The position numbers and the translations under genes were made by a program. Positions 60,598 to 64,000 of a stretch of DNA of 64,000 nt are shown in pieces; within the stretch, counting starts at the first letter, position 1; each line of letters begins with the position of its first letter. This DNA comes from Clostridia bacterium (lineage in GTDB: Bacteria; Bacillota; Clostridia; UMGS1883), in assembly GCA_045656645.1 (NCBI GenBank), contig JAZORN010000081.1:490-64489 (forward strand), written 5' to 3'. Under the pieces are notes generated by a model that saw nothing but the letters and a program-made list of their open reading frames with translations, was not told where the DNA came from and searched no databases.

Positions 60598-61494
60598 TTA
60601 ATGATGGTGGTGATGGTGGTGATGATGGTGGTTTTCGTTGTGCTCTATATGGCAATCCTCGCAAGGACAATCCTCATTAATCCCTTCAAGCTCCAGTGTA
60701 ACGTGCTGTATGTTATGCTCCTTTAATTCTTCCCGTATTTCTTTTTTGATCTGAGAAGGCTCTCCCTCGGTAACAATATGCATTGTTGCATAATTATGAT
60801 ATCCGTCCATACTCCATATATGGATATGATGAACATCATTTACACCCTCTATCCGGAGCACGTGTTCTTTAATTTCCTTAATACTGACGTCAGTGGGAAT
60901 TTTTTCAAGGAACAGATTTTCTATCTGTTTTAAATTCTTTATCGCATTTACAAATATAAAGAGCGACACACCAATTGACATAAGCGGGTCTAAAATATAG
61001 ATATCTGTAAAACGCATAATTATTGCACCAAATAAAACAATAGCCCAGCCAAGCACATCTTCCAGCATATGAAGATTAACCGCCTTTTGATTAAGCGAGT
61101 CACCCTCTCTTGTAAAATAGGCTGCAATAAAATTAATAGCTACACCGATAATTGCAAAAACAATCATTCCGTTATAATCAATGGGTGTCGGTTTAAATAT
61201 TCTTATAACTGCACTATATATAACGGCAAACGAGCCAAAAAGCAAAATAACAGTTGTAATCAGGCTCCCTAAAACAGAAAACCTTGCATAACCGTAGGTA
61301 AATATTTCGTCAGGCTGTTTTTTACTTTTTCTTTCTAAGAAATAGGATGCACCGATACTTAAAGCATCACCAATATCGTGAACGGCATCTGAAATAATCG
61401 CAACACTTCCCGTCAGTGTCCCGCCTATAAATTCAAAAATAGAAAACACAAAATTCAAAATGAATGCAATCAATATATTCTTTTCTGTCTTCAT
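60598..61494 (-). CDS. Cation diffusion facilitator (CzcD/ZitB-like) transporter with a C-terminal poly-His tail
   Basis: Six TM helices with the SDAVHDIGD and HMLEDVLGW metal sites, ending in NENHHHHHHHHHH. The ATG at 61494 follows GAAAGGA; the track TTG start at 61533 lies inside the upstream structured element. Confidence 0.9.
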   Translation of the reverse strand: MKTEKNILIAFILNFVFSIFEFIGGTLTGSVAIISDAVHDIGDALSIGASYFLERKSKKQPDEIFTYGYARFSVLGSLITTVILLFGSFAVIYSAVIRIFKPTPIDYNGMIVFAIIGVAINFIAAYFTREGDSLNQKAVNLHMLEDVLGWAIVLFGAIIMRFTDIYILDPLMSIGVSLFIFVNAIKNLKQIENLFLEKIPTDVSIKEIKEHVLRIEGVNDVHHIHIWSMDGYHNYATMHIVTEGEPSQIKKEIREELKEHNIQHVTLELEGINEDCPCEDCHIEHNENHHHHHHHHHH

Positions 61495-61512
61495 CAGCAA
61501 AGTCCTTTCATT

Positions 61513-61786
61513 AGCCGAAACGAAATAATCCAAACTCGATTTTTAGAGGCGGATTTCCGCTTTCGCTGTGTTAAAATACTCGGAAATACACAAAGTATTC
61601 CCTGTGTTTTTGCCTTGCGCAACCGAAAATCCGCACTCAAAAAATTCAAAGACCTGAAACGGATGAAATTTTGTGCAGGTTTTGGTGCGAAGGATGCAGC
61701 AAGGCTTTGTGCCTTGCAAAGACGACAAGCCGAAAAGTGCCGAAATTCCACCGTTTCAGGCGGGTTCGGATTACTTCGTTTCGGCT
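61513..61786 (-). other. 274-nt nested-hairpin intergenic element (candidate cis-acting RNA or MITE-like element)
   Basis: A 23-bp outer stem (61513-61535 with 61764-61786) encloses stems 61549-59/61624-34, 61582-89/61595-602, 61653-62/61751-60 and 61699-705/61711-717. Confidence 0.55.
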
Positions 61787-63338
61787 ATATACACTTATTT
61801 GATACATTTTCGAGGTTTATGACTTCATCCACCACGCCCTCGTAAAACTCAGGCTCGTGGCTTACAAGAAGAACTGTTCCCTTAAATTCTGATACCGCCC
61901 TTTTAAGCTCTTCCTTAGCCATAACATCAAGATGGTTTGTAGGCTCGTCAAGGACTAATAAATTAACTTCTCTGAGCATCAGTCTGCAAAGCCTTACCTT
62001 GGCATTTTCACCACCCGAAAGAACCTTCATCTGCGAGGTAATATGCTCTGTAGTAAGTCCGCACTTGGCAAGTGCCGCACGAACCTCGGCATTTGTCATT
62101 GCGGGATATTCGTCCCATATTTCGTTAAGCGCAGTTTTGTCGCTTGCTATTTCCTCCTGCTCAAAATAGCCTTCCATGAGAAACTGGTCACGGCTTACAC
62201 TTCCCGCATATGGCGGAATAATACCCAGAAGTGTTTTCATCAGTGTAGATTTACCGATGCCGTTCGTTCCTTTTACGGCTATCTTCTTATTTCTTTCTAT
62301 GATAAGATTAACAGGGCTTGTAAGAGGCTCATTATATCCAAGCACCAAATCCTTTGCCTCAATAACAACTCTGCCCGGAGTTCTCGCAGTTTTAAAGGAG
62401 AATGTAGGTTTGACCTTTTCAGGCGCAAGGGTTATAATCTCCATCTTGTCAAGCTGACGCTGCCTTGACCTTGCAAGTGTAGCCGTTGCCGCCCTCGCCT
62501 TATTCTTTGCAACAAATTCCTCCAAATCGGCAATTTCTTTCTGCTGCTTATTATACGCCTGCTCAAGCTGTCTTTTCTTCAGCTCATACATACGCTCAAA
62601 GTCATTATAATCTCCGCTGTAGCGTGTCAGCACACAATTTTCTATATGGTATATTACGTTTACAACCTCGTTTAAGAAAGGAATATCATGCGATACAAGG
62701 ATAAACGCATTTTCGTAATCCTTTAGAAAGGTTTTAAGCCACGTAATATGATTTTCGTCGAGGAAATTTGTCGGCTCGTCCAAAATTAAAATCATAGGAT
62801 TTTCAAGTAATAGCTTTGCAAGAAGTACCTTTGCCCTCTGCCCTCCCGAAAGCTCTGAAACGCCACGGTCAAGTCCTATTTCATTAAGCCCGAGGCCGTT
62901 TGCACATTCATTTATCTTAGAATCTATGATGTAGTAGCCTGATGTATCAAGAATATCCTGAATATCCCCTACCTCACTCATCATTTCGCTAAGCTCACTA
63001 TCTGTTGCCTCCGCCATTTTTTCATATATTGCAAGCATTTCTGCCTCAAGGTCTGAAAGGTAGCGGAAAGCATCACGAAGAATATCACGGATAGTTTTCC
63101 CTTTTTCCAAGGTTGAATACTGGTCAAGGTATCCCGTGGTAATATGCTTGCACCACTCAACCTTTCCCGAATCGGGGGACAGCTTTCCCGTAATGATATT
63201 AAGGAAAGTGGACTTTCCCTCACCATTTGCACCTACAAGGCCGATATGCTCACCCTTAAGCAATCGGAACGATGCGTTATCTAAAATTTCACGACCGCCA
63301 AAGCCATGTGTCACATTTTCTACATTTAAAATACTCAT
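61785..63338 (-). CDS. ABC-F family ATPase (two ABC domains, no TM; YfmM-like size)
   Basis: Two Walker A motifs (GANGEGKST, GTNGIGKST), two LSGG signatures, and a charged linker of about 60 aa. Confidence 0.9.
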   Translation of the reverse strand: MSILNVENVTHGFGGREILDNASFRLLKGEHIGLVGANGEGKSTFLNIITGKLSPDSGKVEWCKHITTGYLDQYSTLEKGKTIRDILRDAFRYLSDLEAEMLAIYEKMAEATDSELSEMMSEVGDIQDILDTSGYYIIDSKINECANGLGLNEIGLDRGVSELSGGQRAKVLLAKLLLENPMILILDEPTNFLDENHITWLKTFLKDYENAFILVSHDIPFLNEVVNVIYHIENCVLTRYSGDYNDFERMYELKKRQLEQAYNKQQKEIADLEEFVAKNKARAATATLARSRQRQLDKMEIITLAPEKVKPTFSFKTARTPGRVVIEAKDLVLGYNEPLTSPVNLIIERNKKIAVKGTNGIGKSTLMKTLLGIIPPYAGSVSRDQFLMEGYFEQEEIASDKTALNEIWDEYPAMTNAEVRAALAKCGLTTEHITSQMKVLSGGENAKVRLCRLMLREVNLLVLDEPTNHLDVMAKEELKRAVSEFKGTVLLVSHEPEFYEGVVDEVINLENVSNKCI

Positions 63339-63436
63339 TTAGTTACTCCATATATATTATTTATAAGTGCATTATAATGACTATGTAGTCCGGATGTAAA
63401 ACTCTTTGCAGTATATTCACTCATTAAATGCGAATA

Positions 63437-63955
63437 TTAAAACTGATCATAAACCACAATTTCTTCAAGTGGTCTGAATTTATTATGCATTTCAAGTGGT
63501 TGTGATGTATCTGCCGGATATCCCATTACCAAAAGGGCAAGCGGTTTAATATTATCCGGAATATTAAATTCTTTCTTCATCGAGTAAGGGTCAAAGTGCA
63601 TAACCCAGCAGCATCCTACCCCCACGTTGTGCGCAGCAAGCATCATATGTGTTGCAACGATTGCGGCATCAACCGGTGCAGAGAGAGCATCATCATAAAC
63701 TCTTTTCCAGCTTTCGTTTTCGTTATAACACACAAGCATTGCAGCAGGTGCGTTGAAATGACATTTTGTACATTTTTTTAATTTTTCCATGCTTCTTTCG
63801 TTATTTAACACCAGAACTCTCTGTGGCTGATAGTTGCATCCTGTCGGTGCCTTATGGGCAGCCTCTAATATTTTTGAAACATCTTCCGAAGACAAATGCT
63901 CCGGTTTAAAATTTCTGACCGAATATCTTTCTGTAATTAGTTTTTCATATTCCAT
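63437..63955 (-). CDS. Nitroreductase-family protein
   Basis: RYSVRNF near the N-terminus and an FMN-binding-type core. The ATG at 63955 follows GAGGG; the track start is 63976. Confidence 0.85.
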   Translation of the reverse strand: MEYEKLITERYSVRNFKPEHLSSEDVSKILEAAHKAPTGCNYQPQRVLVLNNERSMEKLKKCTKCHFNAPAAMLVCYNENESWKRVYDDALSAPVDAAIVATHMMLAAHNVGVGCCWVMHFDPYSMKKEFNIPDNIKPLALLVMGYPADTSQPLEMHNKFRPLEEIVVYDQF

Positions 63956-64000
63956 AATCTTACCCTCTATTAACATTTTTCAACAACGTTCGGTACCCTT

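Noticed and set aside
61513-61786. The known czcD (NiCo) riboswitch as the explanation for the structured element upstream of the CDF gene.
   Set aside because: The element is about three times longer than that riboswitch, and I could not recognise its conserved junction nucleotides. It is kept as an unexplained structured element. An Infernal search with the Rfam model is needed.
61760-61786. tRNA T-arm-like GGTTCGGATTAC near the ABC-F stop.
   Set aside because: There is no acceptor stem, anticodon arm or cloverleaf around it. The sequence is one arm of the 23-bp outer stem of the structured element.
1-64000. Prophage, transposon, integrative element or defence island anywhere in the window.
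   Set aside because: I recognised no integrase, transposase, recombinase, phage structural, restriction-modification, Cas, reverse transcriptase or large orphan ATPase/nuclease gene. The accessory character is limited to a few AT-rich single genes and short repeats.

Overview
This window looks like a chromosomal segment of a low-GC Gram-positive anaerobe. Gene content and order (yybS-gdpP-rplI-dnaB-tilS-hpt-ftsH, recJ-relA-MBL-hemZ, nadK-argR-recN) suggest Clostridia, possibly Oscillospiraceae/Ruminococcaceae-like, but the taxon cannot be verified here. About 60 protein genes are supported, mostly housekeeping. They include a maltose/maltodextrin operon (phosphorylase, PTS, MapP-like phosphatase, MalQ). 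A long same-strand block runs from rseC-like through HAD, two tandem Na/Pi cotransporter paralogs and pdxK to a PhoPR-like two-component system. The rest covers purine salvage (deoD, hpt, purC), a copper P-type ATPase, uxaB-uxaA with an AraC regulator, a CDF transporter and an ABC-F ATPase. I recognised no rRNA, tRNA, CRISPR array, transposase, integrase or phage gene, and no obvious defence system. Five items merit a second look. (1) A stand-alone PqqD-type RRE is coupled to a Ser/His S24/S26-like peptidase (48.2-48.9 kb), with no RiPP enzyme or precursor nearby. (2) An untracked 58-aa peptide gene with a YxxPxI leader-like N-terminus sits behind a secreted protein (36.8-37.0 kb). (3) A 274-nt nested-hairpin element lies just upstream of the CDF gene, and all its stem mismatches become G-U wobbles only on the minus strand (61.5-61.8 kb). 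(4) 8-nt-period TTTCAA(C/T)T arrays sit immediately 5' of the Shine-Dalgarno of three genes. (5) Several short dispersed or arrayed intergenic repeats occur: a 9-mer array at 51.6 kb, a 74-nt repeat pair at 35.5/58.6 kb, and a TTCGAC-N4-TTCGAC motif. All functional calls rest on motif recognition by eye and no database search was possible.
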